A stretch of 64,000 bases of DNA from an uncultured Planctomycetia bacterium (GCA_964406665.1 CAYOSQ010000005.1:21929-85928), one strand, 5' to 3'; positions 17,552 through 29,107 are shown, counted from the first letter of the stretch. Made by a program: numbers and translations. Notes: a model not told the origin generated them from the sequence alone.

Positions 17552-17809
17552 ATGGGAGGTCTGAAATTGGCAAACTTAGAAAGTGATATTAGAGCCATAG
17601 TTGCAGAAGTGCTTGAGACTGAACCCGAATCGTTAAATCCGGATGCAAAGTTTGTTGAGGATTTAGGAATGGATTCTATGATGGCGCTTGAGATATTAGC
17701 TGCTATTGAGAAAAAATTCCGAGTTGCGATTCCTGAGGATAAGCTCTCGAGCTTTACTTCTTTGAACGAGACAATTAGGCTCATTGAAAAGATTATGTCA
17801 AAAAAATAA
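17552..17809 (+). CDS. Acyl carrier protein
   Basis: FVEDLGMDSMMALE phosphopantetheine site; acidic, 85 aa. Confidence 0.9.
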   Translation: MGGLKLANLESDIRAIVAEVLETEPESLNPDAKFVEDLGMDSMMALEILAAIEKKFRVAIPEDKLSSFTSLNETIRLIEKIMSKK

Positions 17810-17842
17810 AAAATTCTTTAAGCTCTTTAGAAAGGAGTTTCC

Positions 17843-20800
17843 ATGTACCTTAAGAGATTAGATATTCTTGGTTTTAAATCTTTTGCCGATAAAACAGTTC
17901 TTAATTTTGAGCCTGGAATTGCCGTGGTGGTTGGACCAAACGGATGCGGGAAGAGTAATATCTTTGATAGTATCCGTTGGGTTTTAGGAGAGCAGAGCAT
18001 AAAATCTCTGCGTGGAACCAAGATGGAAGATGTTATTTTTAGTGGTACTGTAAACAAGCCGGCTTTGGGCTTTGCTGAGGTATCTCTTACTTTCAGCAAT
18101 GAACAAAAAGTCCTTCCGATAGAATACGATGAAGTAACTGTTTCTAGGAGGCTGTTTCGTTCAGGTGAAAGTGAGTATTTAATTAATAAGCTTCCGGTGC
18201 GCCTAAGAGATGTTAATGAATTATTTATGGGAACAGGCATTGGAGCTGAGAGCTATTCTCTGGTTGAGCAGGGTAAGATAGATTTAATGATAAGTTCTAA
18301 ACCAGAAGATAGGAGAATGATATTTGACGAGGCAGCTGGTATTACAAAGTATAAATCCAAAAAAAGAGAGGCGCTAAATAAATTAAAAGATACAGAAAAT
18401 AATCTCTTAAGGATAAGCGATATAATTACTGAATTAAAAAGACAAATCGGCTCAATCGAAAGACAGGCTAATAAAGCCAGAAAATACAAAGATGAATTTG
18501 AAAAGTTGAAGAAACTAGAAGTAAAGTCAGCTTTATATCAAACAAAAGAATTGGATAGTAAAAAAGTTGAGCTTACTTCAAGAAAAGATAGCATGAGTGA
18601 AAGAAATAATATTTTGGATTCTCAGATACAGAAAGTAATTGATACCATTGGTCAACAAAATCTAAGAGTAAAAGAAATGCAGGATAAAATAAATGAGGTT
18701 TCTTCAGAATGCCTTAAAAAAGATAGCGTCATCGAGCATAACACCCAGCATATAACCGTCAGCAAAGAGAGGATTCAGGAATCTGCAGTAAGAAAAGAAA
18801 AAATCCGCGAGCAAGAAGCGATACTTAAAGACAGGATTGCTGGGCAGAAAGAAAAGCTTAAGGTTTTAGAGGAAGAGTTTGGCACAATAGCTTCTTTAAA
18901 GAATCAAAAGAGTAAAACTTTAACTGAGAGAAATGAGCAGCTAAGTAATTATTCTAATGCGATTAAAGCTACCCAGGATCAAATAACTCAGTTAAAAATG
19001 ACAGTGATGGAGCTTACTACAGAGCAGACATCATTGAAAAATACTGTTACTGATACATCTGCCCGCTATCAACATCTGCTTGCACGTAAAAAGAGATTGG
19101 ATATTGAAAAGACAAAGGTATGTTCTGAAAAGGAAACTGTTGGCGAAGATTTTGAAAAAGTAAGCTCACAGTGGCAGGCCATTCAGGATCAGCTTACTGA
19201 ACTTTCCGGCTTACGCAGTAAAGTGTTTAATGATTGTAAATCTTTAAAAGAGGAAGCATCACATCTGCAAAAGGAAATTGTTGAATATCAGAATAAAAAA
19301 CTAAGCCTAGAGTCACAGAAAGAGTTTATCGAAGATCTGCAATTAAAATATGATGATATTCCCGGAGGAGGACACTCTGTCCTTATAACTAATCCGGGGA
19401 TGGCAGATGAAAAGGCAGCTGTATTGGGAAAGATAAAACAAGTTTCAGAGTTAGATACAAAATATCGTTCTTTGGCTAATCAGCATTTTGCCCAGGATGA
19501 TATCGTACAACTTAAACAAATAATGTGTGAGACAAAGTTTATTTCTTTAGATTTACAACAAATAACCAATAAGATTGAAGAGATTTCTGATTCGATTAAT
19601 CATTCAAAAAGCGAATTAAACGGGATAAAAGATCGCATTCAATCTAAAGAAGAAGAAATTACTGCTTTTGATGCAGGAATTCGTAAGCAAGAGTTGCAGT
19701 TAGCTAATAAGCAAACACAAAAAGATTCTATCAATGAAACACTTGTTAAGTTAAGAGAAGAGCTCGAGTTGGTTGATATGGAATTAACCGAGACAAGTGA
19801 AGATATTGAAAAAATAAAACAGAAGGAAGATGATCTTAAGTGTAAGCAAACTGAGATGGAGCAAAGAATAGAAGAAAACGAAGGTGAGATAATCCAGCAG
19901 CAAAGTTTGATTTCACAAAATAGCAGTAAACGGGAGGACGCAAATATATCTATTGCGCAACTTCAGGCGGAATTAGAATCTTTGGAGGAACGGCAAAATG
20001 GTGAACAAGATAAATATAAGATTTTGCAGAGTTCCTGGAAGCAAGATTTAGATAATTTAGCTTCTTTCGAAAAAGAACTTTTTGACCTTGAGGGTAAGAA
20101 AGAAGAGCTAGAAAAAAATATTTTGAGACTTGAAGAAGAAATTTCTCAGGCTCAAAAAAATAAGAAGGAATTGCTGGAAACATTAAATGAGCATCGCAGC
20201 GAACAAAAAGAATTGGATAGGGTAATTGAGCAGCACAGAAGCAATCTTGATAAGCAACAGAAAGAACTAGAGAGTGCACGTTCAGATATTCATAAGGTTA
20301 TGATGCAGGTGCAGGAGATAGAATTTCAGATTACCTCAGTACGAGATAGAATTTCTCAGGCTTATAAGGTTGATTTAACACAACAGCAGTCTGACCAAGA
20401 AGCTGAGTCGGCTGAGGAATTTAATCATGGCGAATTATTAAGTGAGATAGAGACATTAAAGAAAAGGGTTGAGCGGTATGGTTCAGTTAATCTGGTGGCA
20501 ATTGAAGAGTTTGAGGAATTAAAAAACAGATATGAATTTTTGACAAAACAACAGGAAGATTTGATTAAATCGAAAGAAGCCTTAACTGACACAATATCTA
20601 AAATCAATCGAACAAGCCGAAAGCTTTTCCTGGAGACTTTTCAGAGAGTATCAGAGGAATTTAAAAAGTATTTCAGGATGCTATTTGGTGGAGGTGATGG
20701 ACAATTAATTTTAATTGATCCTCATGATCCTCTTGAATCAGGCATAGAAATAATTGCAAAACCTCCAGGGAAGAAACTTCAGAGCATAAGTTTACTTTCC

Positions 20801-21112
20801 GGTGGGGAAAAAGCTCTTGCTGCTATTGCATTAATTTTTGGAGTTTTCAAAGTAAAGCCAAGTCCTTTCTGCGTGCTGGATGAAATTGATGCTCCTTTGG
20901 ATGAGTCTAACGTAGGAAGATTTAGTAGCTTGCTAAAAGAATTTACGAAAAATTCTCAGTTTGTGGTTATCTCTCATAATAAAAAGACTATGGTTAATGC
21001 AGATGTTATGTATGGCATAACCATGCAGGAAACCGGGGTTTCTAAGATTGTGTCGGTAAAATTCGGAGAGAGTGAACAAAAGCAGCCTGAAGAAGAATTG
21101 GTAGCAGCATAG
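17843..21112 (+). CDS. smc: Chromosome segregation protein SMC with atypically short hinge
   Basis: GFKSF, GPNGCGKSN, long coiled coils, LLSGGEK signature, LDEIDAPLD. Confidence 0.93.
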   Translation: MYLKRLDILGFKSFADKTVLNFEPGIAVVVGPNGCGKSNIFDSIRWVLGEQSIKSLRGTKMEDVIFSGTVNKPALGFAEVSLTFSNEQKVLPIEYDEVTVSRRLFRSGESEYLINKLPVRLRDVNELFMGTGIGAESYSLVEQGKIDLMISSKPEDRRMIFDEAAGITKYKSKKREALNKLKDTENNLLRISDIITELKRQIGSIERQANKARKYKDEFEKLKKLEVKSALYQTKELDSKKVELTSRKDSMSERNNILDSQIQKVIDTIGQQNLRVKEMQDKINEVSSECLKKDSVIEHNTQHITVSKERIQESAVRKEKIREQEAILKDRIAGQKEKLKVLEEEFGTIASLKNQKSKTLTERNEQLSNYSNAIKATQDQITQLKMTVMELTTEQTSLKNTVTDTSARYQHLLARKKRLDIEKTKVCSEKETVGEDFEKVSSQWQAIQDQLTELSGLRSKVFNDCKSLKEEASHLQKEIVEYQNKKLSLESQKEFIEDLQLKYDDIPGGGHSVLITNPGMADEKAAVLGKIKQVSELDTKYRSLANQHFAQDDIVQLKQIMCETKFISLDLQQITNKIEEISDSINHSKSELNGIKDRIQSKEEEITAFDAGIRKQELQLANKQTQKDSINETLVKLREELELVDMELTETSEDIEKIKQKEDDLKCKQTEMEQRIEENEGEIIQQQSLISQNSSKREDANISIAQLQAELESLEERQNGEQDKYKILQSSWKQDLDNLASFEKELFDLEGKKEELEKNILRLEEEISQAQKNKKELLETLNEHRSEQKELDRVIEQHRSNLDKQQKELESARSDIHKVMMQVQEIEFQITSVRDRISQAYKVDLTQQQSDQEAESAEEFNHGELLSEIETLKKRVERYGSVNLVAIEEFEELKNRYEFLTKQQEDLIKSKEALTDTISKINRTSRKLFLETFQRVSEEFKKYFRMLFGGGDGQLILIDPHDPLESGIEIIAKPPGKKLQSISLLSGGEKALAAIALIFGVFKVKPSPFCVLDEIDAPLDESNVGRFSSLLKEFTKNSQFVVISHNKKTMVNADVMYGITMQETGVSKIVSVKFGESEQKQPEEELVAA

Positions 21113-21130
21113 TTATTGGTAATTGATATT

Positions 21131-22324
21131 TTAAATTGCTGAGCGGACTAAATTCTTACCGTCTTTCTTGGCTTTGAATAATGCTTCATCTGCAGCATTT
21201 ACAAGATTAGATTTGTTCTTGGCATCTTCCGGGTAGGTAGCTACTCCTAAGCTTATAGTAATTTTAGGCTCAGATTTAGTTTCACCAAAAGAAAAATTGT
21301 GGTTTTCGGTTATTTCACGCAATCGGTTAGCTATAAATAAAGCTTCCTTGCGAGGTGTTTGTGGTAATATTATTGCAAATTCCTCTCCACCATAACGACA
21401 AACATAATCCATTTTTCTGGAGTGTTCCTTAAAGATGGTGGAAAGCTCTTTTAGAATTTTATCTCCTACTTGGTGTCCTAGGGTATCGTTGTAAGATTTG
21501 AAGTTATCAATATCTATCATAATTAGACTAAGAGGTAGCTTCAAAGCTTTTGTTCTGCTTAACTCTTCTTGAAGATTAAGCTGGAAATAACCATGGTTCC
21601 ATAGTTCAGTAAGCGAGTCTGTATTGGTGCGCATGACAGCATGTTCGTAAAGCTGAGAATTTTCAATTGCTAAGCCTGCTTGGTTTGCAAGCATAGTGAA
21701 TATTCTTAGATTATCTTTGGTAATAGGTTTTTGTGTAAATATATTATCTGCAACTATAATGCCAACAACTTTATCTTTTGCCCTAAGAGGTATCAGGACG
21801 ACTTCAGTAGTATTAAATTTATCCAAAAGTGGATCTTTTCTATATTTGCCTATTGATTTTTTTGTGATATGCAATGGCATCATATCAAAATAACATAAAG
21901 AAAGCAGATTGTTTTGCTTGGGATCGAGCGGAAGCTTAAATTGTCTAACGAAGCGGTTGAATTCGGAATCAATCATCTTCCCGGACGCCTTATACGCTTC
22001 GATAAGATTGTTTAGATCCGTTTGTTCTTTTTCGATCTTATCCCATATTTTTTTTGCTTTTTCTCCGGTGACTGGGCCAATACCCATTTTCCCTTCAATA
22101 ATTTTATCGTTTTCATTTACCAGAAAAAGCATGGCTCGGTTAAACCTTAATCCTGAATGCGCTGTAACTCCGGTTAAAATAATATATAGGATTTCATCTA
22201 AGCGCAGAGTGGTGCGCATAGCATTGCTTACTTCATACAAAATAGAAAGCTCTGCCTGTGTTCGATTGAGTTCTTGCTGCAATTTTGATATTTGTTCAGG
22301 CTTTTTATCCATCATAGTATTCAA
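21131..22324 (-). CDS. GAF-domain diguanylate cyclase
   Basis: DIDNFKSYNDTLGHQVGD, RxxD I-site (RKMD), intact GGEEF; N-terminal GAF-like region ending ANQAGLAIEN. Confidence 0.93.
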   Translation of the reverse strand: MNTMMDKKPEQISKLQQELNRTQAELSILYEVSNAMRTTLRLDEILYIILTGVTAHSGLRFNRAMLFLVNENDKIIEGKMGIGPVTGEKAKKIWDKIEKEQTDLNNLIEAYKASGKMIDSEFNRFVRQFKLPLDPKQNNLLSLCYFDMMPLHITKKSIGKYRKDPLLDKFNTTEVVLIPLRAKDKVVGIIVADNIFTQKPITKDNLRIFTMLANQAGLAIENSQLYEHAVMRTNTDSLTELWNHGYFQLNLQEELSRTKALKLPLSLIMIDIDNFKSYNDTLGHQVGDKILKELSTIFKEHSRKMDYVCRYGGEEFAIILPQTPRKEALFIANRLREITENHNFSFGETKSEPKITISLGVATYPEDAKNKSNLVNAADEALFKAKKDGKNLVRSAI

Positions 22325-22478
22325 AAGATAGCACTATTTTGTAGAATTGTCAAGGATGAGTGAAAAAAAATAGATAATCAACTATAACACATTTATTACC
22401 AGATAGTTATGTTCTAAAATAAAAGAAAGCGCTTCCTTGACACTAACATGTTCGCATGTTATACTTTACTGAATATTT

Positions 22479-23072
22479 ATGGAAAATTCTATTGCCAGCA
22501 AACTAAACTGGGTAGATGTGATAGTATGGCTTTTTGCCATTAGGATAATTCTTATAGGCTATAAAAAGGGTTTTGCCATTGAATTATTCAAGTTGACCGG
22601 TCTAATATTAGCAGTTTTCACTTCATTTCATTACTATACTCGCGTTTCCGATTTACTTAATACTAATTCAAAAAATACATCTGGTTTTATTGATCTTATC
22701 TCTTTAGTGATTTTGCTTTTTTCAGTTATAATAGTGTTTAAATTTATACGAGACAGCGTGTTATTGATAATTAAAATTCATCCTATTGAAGGTTTAGATA
22801 AGTGGGGAGCGTTAATTCTCAGTTTGTTTAGGGCTGCGATTGTATCAAGTTTAATTGTTGTGATAATGCAGCTTTCAACATTAGCATATGTCGAAAAATC
22901 GGCAAAGGAATCTTTTTCTAATAAGCACTTTTCAAGTTTGGCTCCCAGACTTTACGCGAAAGTATTTGAATCTGTTATCTTCAAATTTTCTCCCAAAGAA
23001 GATCTTAATTTCTCTATATTTAAAGCTTTGGAAGAAAATCCAATGAAGCAGAAAAAGCAACAACAGCAGTAA
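22479..23072 (+). CDS. CvpA family membrane protein
   Basis: LNWVD...GYKKGF..E and LDKWGA motifs, about four TM helices. Confidence 0.8.
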   Translation: MENSIASKLNWVDVIVWLFAIRIILIGYKKGFAIELFKLTGLILAVFTSFHYYTRVSDLLNTNSKNTSGFIDLISLVILLFSVIIVFKFIRDSVLLIIKIHPIEGLDKWGALILSLFRAAIVSSLIVVIMQLSTLAYVEKSAKESFSNKHFSSLAPRLYAKVFESVIFKFSPKEDLNFSIFKALEENPMKQKKQQQQ

Positions 23073-23093
23073 TTATTACTCAGGAGGAAAAAA

Positions 23094-24047
23094 TTGAAAT
23101 TAGGTCAAATTTATGATTTTGTAGTTAAGTTTGGTATGCAGGCAGATCCGCGTAGCCCTGTAGTCGTAAAGCAGCAAATTGCTGATGCAAAAAAAGAATA
23201 TCGCAAGTTAAAAGGACAAGATAAGAAAGAATTCGATTTAGAACGGCTGAAGAATCCTTATGCAGATACTAGGCTTCTTTATGGAAATAAAAATAAAGAC
23301 ATTAAGAATATTCTAGTCGGTATTGATATTGGACCGGCTGAAATATTGCTTGCAGATAGATTAAGAGAGAGTGGTATTAATGTGGACTTGGTGATATCTC
23401 ATCATCCTCAAGGTTCTGCGTTAGCAGGTTTATATGAAGTTATGCATATGCAGGCAGATATGTTAACTGGCTTGGGAATCTCTGCAAATATTGCAAAAGA
23501 ATCAATGAAAAGAAGAATTGATGAAGTTGAAAGAAGACTTCTTCCTGCAAATCATAGCCGTACACTTGATGCAGCTAAATTGTTGGATATTCCTTGCATG
23601 TGTGTTCATACTGCATCTGATAATCATGTTTCCACTTATTTGCAGAAAATAGTTAATAAGAAAAAGCCAAAGAAGCTAGCTGATCTACTTAGACTTTTAA
23701 AGCAGATTCCTGAGTATAGAGATGCCACTAAAGAAAAGGCTGGTCCTAAAATATATATTGGCAAACCTGCTAGTAAGGCAGGCAAGGTCGTCTTAGAGAT
23801 GACTGGTGGTACTGAAGGAACAAAAGAATTATTTGGTAGGCTATCACAAGTAGGTGTTAATACGCTTGTGGGGATGCACCTATCAGAAGAACACTTCAAA
23901 ATAGTCAAAAGCGAACATCTTAACGTTGTTATTGCCGGGCACATTTCCTCAGATACGCTCGGATTGAATCTTTTGTTTGATAAACTAGAGAAAAAAGAAA
24001 AACTTAAGTTTATTAACTGTTCTGGGTTCAAAAGAATTAGACGATAA
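23094..24047 (+). CDS. NIF3-like protein
   Basis: ISHHP, HTASDN, GMH, IAGHISSD metal-binding motifs; lies upstream of dnaG. Confidence 0.82.
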   Translation: MKLGQIYDFVVKFGMQADPRSPVVVKQQIADAKKEYRKLKGQDKKEFDLERLKNPYADTRLLYGNKNKDIKNILVGIDIGPAEILLADRLRESGINVDLVISHHPQGSALAGLYEVMHMQADMLTGLGISANIAKESMKRRIDEVERRLLPANHSRTLDAAKLLDIPCMCVHTASDNHVSTYLQKIVNKKKPKKLADLLRLLKQIPEYRDATKEKAGPKIYIGKPASKAGKVVLEMTGGTEGTKELFGRLSQVGVNTLVGMHLSEEHFKIVKSEHLNVVIAGHISSDTLGLNLLFDKLEKKEKLKFINCSGFKRIRR

Positions 24048-24063
24048 AAAATAAGGTAATTTT

Positions 24064-25824
24064 ATGCCGTTAATATCCGAAAGAGTACTTAGCGAAGTTC
24101 TCGAGCGTTGCGATATTGTCGAAATTATATCTTCGTATATTCCGCTTAAACGCGCAGGTAGAAATTTTAAGGCTAACTGTCCGTTTCATCACGAGAAGAC
24201 AGCATCTTTTATAGTTAGCCCCCAGAAACAGATTTACCATTGTTTTGGCTGTGGAGCCGGGGGGAATGTTTTTAATTTCCTTATGCGTTATGAAAAGCTT
24301 GAATTTCGTGAGGCTGCTCAGGCACTTGCAGAAAAAGTAGGCGTTGAAATTCAGCTAAGCGCAGAGAATCCTAAAGAGATAAGTGAAAATAGAGAGCTTT
24401 ATAAGATAAATGAATTAGCGGCTAATTTTTATCACGACCACATAAAATCAAAAGAAGCTTCAAGCGTTAGAAGTTATTTGGCGCAAAGAGGAATTTCAGC
24501 AGAATCTGTAAAAGAGCTTAAAATAGGATATGCCCCTGATGCTTGGGGTAGCCTTATGAGTTTTCTGCGTAACAAAAAAGCACCTTTAAGGCTTCAAGAA
24601 AAAGCGGGGTTAATTTTAAGTAAACAGCATTCCTCAGATTATTACGACAGATTTCGCAGTAGGGTTATTTTTCCGATCTTTGATATTAAATCTAGAGTAG
24701 TTGGTTTCGGCGGACGCATCTTAACAGATGCATTACCTAAATATATTAATTCTCCGGAAACGCCTGTTTATTCTAAGGGGCGCATCTTATATGGTTTTAA
24801 TTTCAGCAAAGATGCAATAGGCAAAAATGATCAGGCCGTAATTGTTGAAGGATATCTGGATTTCTTGATTCCTTATCAGGATGGATTTAAAAATATTGTT
24901 GCGTCTTCAGGAACTGCTCTTACGATTGAACAGATTAGATTGCTTAAGCGATATACTCATAACATTGTGACAATCTTTGATTCAGATAAAGCAGGTGAAT
25001 TTGCGACTTTGCGTAGCTTGGATTTATTTATTGAAGAAGGAATGAACGTTAAGGTAGCCAGTTTACCCAAAGGATTTGACCCTGATTTATTTGTAAGAGA
25101 AAGAGGTATCGAAGAATTTAAGAGAGTCGTGAGTGATGCTGTAAATCTTTTCGATTATAAGTTAAGTGTTCTTGTATCTAGGCATGATCCTAAGATAATC
25201 GAAAACAGAGCAAAGATAGCAGCCGAGATGCTCAGTACAATTTCTAGATTTAAAAATGCAGTTTTGCAGTCAGAATACGTAAAAAGATTATCAGATTCTC
25301 TTTCAGTGAAAGAAGAAGCTTTGCTTGTTGAGCTTGCAAAAATGAAAGATGGTTTAGTGATTTCGCGCAATCTAACAGAAACTGTTCACAAGAGCCCAGA
25401 AAAGCATAATCTTAAGGCAGCTGAGAAGATGATTTTGCGCTTAATGTTAGCTGAAAGAAAGTTTGTAACTTTGACAAAAGATAGATTGGAAATCGCTGAT
25501 TTTCATAATCAGCATTTAAAAGATGTGGTTGAGCATATGTTCGATTTGGATTCTCAGGGGGAAGATGTGCATGTTGGTCGTTTAGTTAATCGATTTGCCG
25601 AAAGCCCTATAGCTGAGATCTTGACTGAATTGAGCGTTGCTGAAGATTTGCAGAATGCTGACAAGGAAAAGATCTTGCATGACTGCATTCAAAGATTAAA
25701 AAAAGAGGGATTAAAGCTTAAGTGTAAGAAATTACATCATGAAATTAAACAAGCAGAAAATGAGCAGAATGAAGAGATGCTGAAATGTTTAATAGAAGAA
25801 TATAATCAGTTAATTAAGGGGTGA
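24064..25824 (+). CDS. dnaG: DNA primase
   Basis: [12 protein letters not shown] zinc finger, [20 protein letters not shown] and FDSDKAG. Confidence 0.97.
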   Translation: MPLISERVLSEVLERCDIVEIISSYIPLKRAGRNFKANCPFHHEKTASFIVSPQKQIYHCFGCGAGGNVFNFLMRYEKLEFREAAQALAEKVGVEIQLSAENPKEISENRELYKINELAANFYHDHIKSKEASSVRSYLAQRGISAESVKELKIGYAPDAWGSLMSFLRNKKAPLRLQEKAGLILSKQHSSDYYDRFRSRVIFPIFDIKSRVVGFGGRILTDALPKYINSPETPVYSKGRILYGFNFSKDAIGKNDQAVIVEGYLDFLIPYQDGFKNIVASSGTALTIEQIRLLKRYTHNIVTIFDSDKAGEFATLRSLDLFIEEGMNVKVASLPKGFDPDLFVRERGIEEFKRVVSDAVNLFDYKLSVLVSRHDPKIIENRAKIAAEMLSTISRFKNAVLQSEYVKRLSDSLSVKEEALLVELAKMKDGLVISRNLTETVHKSPEKHNLKAAEKMILRLMLAERKFVTLTKDRLEIADFHNQHLKDVVEHMFDLDSQGEDVHVGRLVNRFAESPIAEILTELSVAEDLQNADKEKILHDCIQRLKKEGLKLKCKKLHHEIKQAENEQNEEMLKCLIEEYNQLIKG

Positions 25825-27401
25825 GCATGAATAATTTAGAATTGAAAAAAGATGTTGATAAACTTGTTGAAGAAGGCAAGAAAAAAGGTTTTCTTACTTT
25901 CGAAGAAGTAAACAAGGGCCTTCCTTCAAAGAAGATGTCTTCTAATGATCTAGATGCGGTATTTGATGTTCTTGAAGGTAATGAAATCAGCGTTATCGAT
26001 AGCGATTCAAAGCTTGCCAAGAAGAAGATCAAACAACCAAAAGCGCCGAAGTCTCCGGCTAAAGAAGGGCATGCTGAGTCAAGATTTCTTCCATTGGATG
26101 ATCCAGTTAAGATGTATCTAAAGCAAATGGGGTCTATATCTCTTCTCTCGCGAGAAAAAGAAATTGAACTAGCTAAAAAGATTGAAGATTCCGAGTTTAA
26201 GTTTACTGATTCAGTGATTTCAGTTAAATTTGCTCGCAATGAAATAATCGAAATATTGGATAAAATTATTGAAAAGAAAGTTAATATTGACGAGGTAATA
26301 AAGGAAGAATCTGCTAATAAAACGAAGCTAATCAATAAAATAAGAAAGATTAGAAATAAGCTTGTTGCTGCTAGAAGAAATCCTGCAAAGTTCTTAAAAA
26401 TACTTTCAGAGCTAACGATTAATTCTCCTACGATTATTCAGATTGTAGAAAATATTGATAAGGCTTTGAAAGAAATTGATTATATAAACAGGATATCTGA
26501 TAGAAGTCATGGAAGGATAAGAAAGCGTAAAGGAATAACACTTAGTAGCTTAATTAGTCGTAAGAAAAAAATCATAAAGAATTTTGGCGTGTCTCACAAA
26601 AATATTAAAGAATCTATGCGTTCTGTTAAGATCAAGCAGTCTAGGTTTAACCGCGCCAAAAAATTACTTGTTGAGGCAAACTTAAGGCTAGTTGTAAGCA
26701 TAGCAAAAAAATATATCAACAGGGGTTTATCTTTTCTTGACCTTATTCAGGAAGGTAATATGGGTTTGATAAGAGCTGTTGAGAAATTTGAATATCAGAG
26801 AGGCTATAAGTTTTCTACCTATGCTACTTGGTGGATTCGCCAAGCCATAACACGTTCCATTGCAGATCAGTCTAGAACCATAAGAATTCCTGTTCATATG
26901 ACAGAAACGATTAATAAGATAATTCGTGTTTCTCGAATATTTGTTCAGGAGAATGGCCGAGAGCCTACGGCACAGGAAATATCCAAGGTTATGAAAATAC
27001 CTGTTAGCAAGGTAAAGGAAATACTGAAAATTTCTCAGGAGCCTATATCTTTGCAGACTCCCATAGGTGATGAAGGAGACACCCATTTTGGAGATTTTAT
27101 TGAAGATAAGAAAGCTGTTTCTCCTGCAAATGCTACATTGCATTCTATGCTTAAGGATGAAATAGGTGGTGTATTAAGCTCTCTTACCGATAGGGAAAAA
27201 CAAATTCTAGCGCTTAGGTTTGGGATTGAAGACGGATCTTCTAGGACGCTTGAAGAGGTTGGTGAAATATTTAAGGTTACACGTGAGAGAGTGCGTCAGA
27301 TTGAAGCTAAGGCATTAAGAAAATTAAGACACCCCACACGTTCAAGAAGGCTTTTATCTTTTATGGATATGAGTTTGGTAAAAGAAGGTGAAGTTGTTTA
27401 A
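25821..27401 (+). CDS. rpoD: RNA polymerase primary sigma factor
   Basis: [51 protein letters not shown]; follows dnaG. Confidence 0.96.
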   Translation: MSMNNLELKKDVDKLVEEGKKKGFLTFEEVNKGLPSKKMSSNDLDAVFDVLEGNEISVIDSDSKLAKKKIKQPKAPKSPAKEGHAESRFLPLDDPVKMYLKQMGSISLLSREKEIELAKKIEDSEFKFTDSVISVKFARNEIIEILDKIIEKKVNIDEVIKEESANKTKLINKIRKIRNKLVAARRNPAKFLKILSELTINSPTIIQIVENIDKALKEIDYINRISDRSHGRIRKRKGITLSSLISRKKKIIKNFGVSHKNIKESMRSVKIKQSRFNRAKKLLVEANLRLVVSIAKKYINRGLSFLDLIQEGNMGLIRAVEKFEYQRGYKFSTYATWWIRQAITRSIADQSRTIRIPVHMTETINKIIRVSRIFVQENGREPTAQEISKVMKIPVSKVKEILKISQEPISLQTPIGDEGDTHFGDFIEDKKAVSPANATLHSMLKDEIGGVLSSLTDREKQILALRFGIEDGSSRTLEEVGEIFKVTRERVRQIEAKALRKLRHPTRSRRLLSFMDMSLVKEGEVV

Positions 27402-27418
27402 AGTTTTGTTTAAGACAA

Positions 27419-27452
27419 GAAAGCCTATCTCTTCACGGGATAGGCTTTTTTT
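27419..27452 (+). terminator. Intrinsic terminator after rpoD
   Basis: AAAGCCTATC-loop-GATAGGCTTT followed by a T-tract. Confidence 0.85.
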
Positions 27453-27545
27453 GTGTTATCCAGTAATTATCGGAGCAATTGATTTTTTGTACAAAACTCA
27501 AATTTAGGTTGAAAAAATACCTGATAGCTAATATAATAAATTTCA

Positions 27546-27956
27546 ATGTTAGTTTTTAGCATTCCTAGTGATAGAAAGTCTATTAAAAAGGCAACAAGTA
27601 AAATCTTAACATATATAGAAGATATGAATCTTCGGGAGAAACTTCTTTTTAATGTTAGATTGTGCTGTGAAGAAGCTATAATTAATGCTATTAAACACGG
27701 CAATGCCTATGATTCTGATCTCATGGTCAAAGTATCGGTTTCCAAGACTCCTGAGTATCTTAAGATAAGCGTTAAAGATCAAGGTAAAGGTTTTGATGTT
27801 AGTAAGGTTTCTAACCCTACTGCAAAAGAAAACTTACTTAAATTATCCGGCAGAGGAGTACATCTTATGAGAAATTATATGGATGAAGTTTCTTTCAGTG
27901 AAAAGGGAAACCGTGTTACAATGATGAAGTATATTAAAAAAGCTAATAGGAGGTAA
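27546..27956 (+). CDS. RsbW/SpoIIAB-like anti-sigma factor Ser kinase (HATPase)
   Basis: EAIINAIKHGN, DQGKGFD, SGRGVHLM. Confidence 0.9.
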   Translation: MLVFSIPSDRKSIKKATSKILTYIEDMNLREKLLFNVRLCCEEAIINAIKHGNAYDSDLMVKVSVSKTPEYLKISVKDQGKGFDVSKVSNPTAKENLLKLSGRGVHLMRNYMDEVSFSEKGNRVTMMKYIKKANRR

Positions 27957-28291
27957 TGATGCAGATAAAAGAGTCTGAAAATAGCGGAGTTGTAGTTTTA
28001 TCAGTTGAAGGAGATATTGATTTAAATTCATCTCCCATAATGAGAGATAAGTTTAATGAATTGGCGCAAAAAGAAACTTCTAAAATTCTGTTAAACTTTT
28101 CTTCTGTTAATTATATTGATAGTTCAGGACTTGCCACTTTAATTGAAATGCTCCAGAGGTTGAAGAAATATCAGGGACAGTTGCGCCTGGCAAATGTTTC
28201 TGAAAAAATTAGAAGTCTTTTTGAGGTAACTAAATTAGATAAGCTTTTTAAGATGTATGCCAGCGAAGATGATGCCATAAAGGATTTCTAG
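27956..28291 (+). CDS. STAS anti-sigma factor antagonist (RsbV/SpoIIAA-like), positioned like an MlaB
   Basis: GDIDL, VNYIDSSGLATL with the phospho-acceptor Ser motif, LFEVTKL. Confidence 0.92.
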   Translation: MMQIKESENSGVVVLSVEGDIDLNSSPIMRDKFNELAQKETSKILLNFSSVNYIDSSGLATLIEMLQRLKKYQGQLRLANVSEKIRSLFEVTKLDKLFKMYASEDDAIKDF

Positions 28292-28303
28292 TCAAAAAAA
28301 TCT

Positions 28304-29101
28304 ATGTTAAATATATTCGAGAATATAGGTAAGAGTACTAAGGATTTAGTTAATCAAATAATTGGAGTAGCTAAGCTTTTGCTGGATACTCTTTACTGGA
28401 TAATAGTTGCGCCTTTCAAAGGTAAATCCCTTAAGCGTCAAAGTATTTTTGAACAGATGGTTTTTATGGGGATTAAGTCTATTGTTATAGTTTTCTTTGT
28501 AACGTTTTTCACAGGCGTTGTTCTTGCCATGCAGTCGGCCTATCAATTAAAACAACTTGGAGCAGAGATTTACGTTGCTAGTTTGGTTGCTGTGTCTTTA
28601 ACAAGAGAACTTGGTCCGGTCCTGACTGCTTTGGTTATTGCTGGGAGAATTGGGGCTGCCATTACTGCAGAGATAGGTTCAATGAAAGTATCTGAGCAGA
28701 TTGAAGCTCTTGATACCATGGCAATAAATCCTATCAGATTTTTAGTTGTTCCCAAGTTTTTGGCTTTAGTGATTATGCTTCCATGTCTTACTATAATTGG
28801 TGATTTTGTGGGTATGTTTGGTGGATATTTGGTTGGAATTTTCAATCTAAGGATTAACTCTGCATTATATATCCAGACTTCCTTGAAGTTTTTGGAGCTT
28901 AAGGATATTTATTCTGGCTTAGGTAAGTCGGTTGTGTTTGCTGTGATAATTGCCTTGATTGGGTGTTATCAGGGTTTAAATACAAAAGGTGGGGCTGAAG
29001 GTGTTGGCAAAGCTACTACCTTGAGTGTGGTGACTAGTTTTATTCTAATTATTCTAGCAGATTGTGTTATAACGGGAATATTGTATTTTTCTAACATGTA
29101 A
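28304..29101 (+). CDS. mlaE: MlaE-family ABC permease
   Basis: RELGPVLTALVIAGRIGAAITAEIGSM..EQIEAL, GGAEGVGKATT. Confidence 0.94.
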   Translation: MLNIFENIGKSTKDLVNQIIGVAKLLLDTLYWIIVAPFKGKSLKRQSIFEQMVFMGIKSIVIVFFVTFFTGVVLAMQSAYQLKQLGAEIYVASLVAVSLTRELGPVLTALVIAGRIGAAITAEIGSMKVSEQIEALDTMAINPIRFLVVPKFLALVIMLPCLTIIGDFVGMFGGYLVGIFNLRINSALYIQTSLKFLELKDIYSGLGKSVVFAVIIALIGCYQGLNTKGGAEGVGKATTLSVVTSFILIILADCVITGILYFSNM

Positions 29102-29107
29102 ATAACT

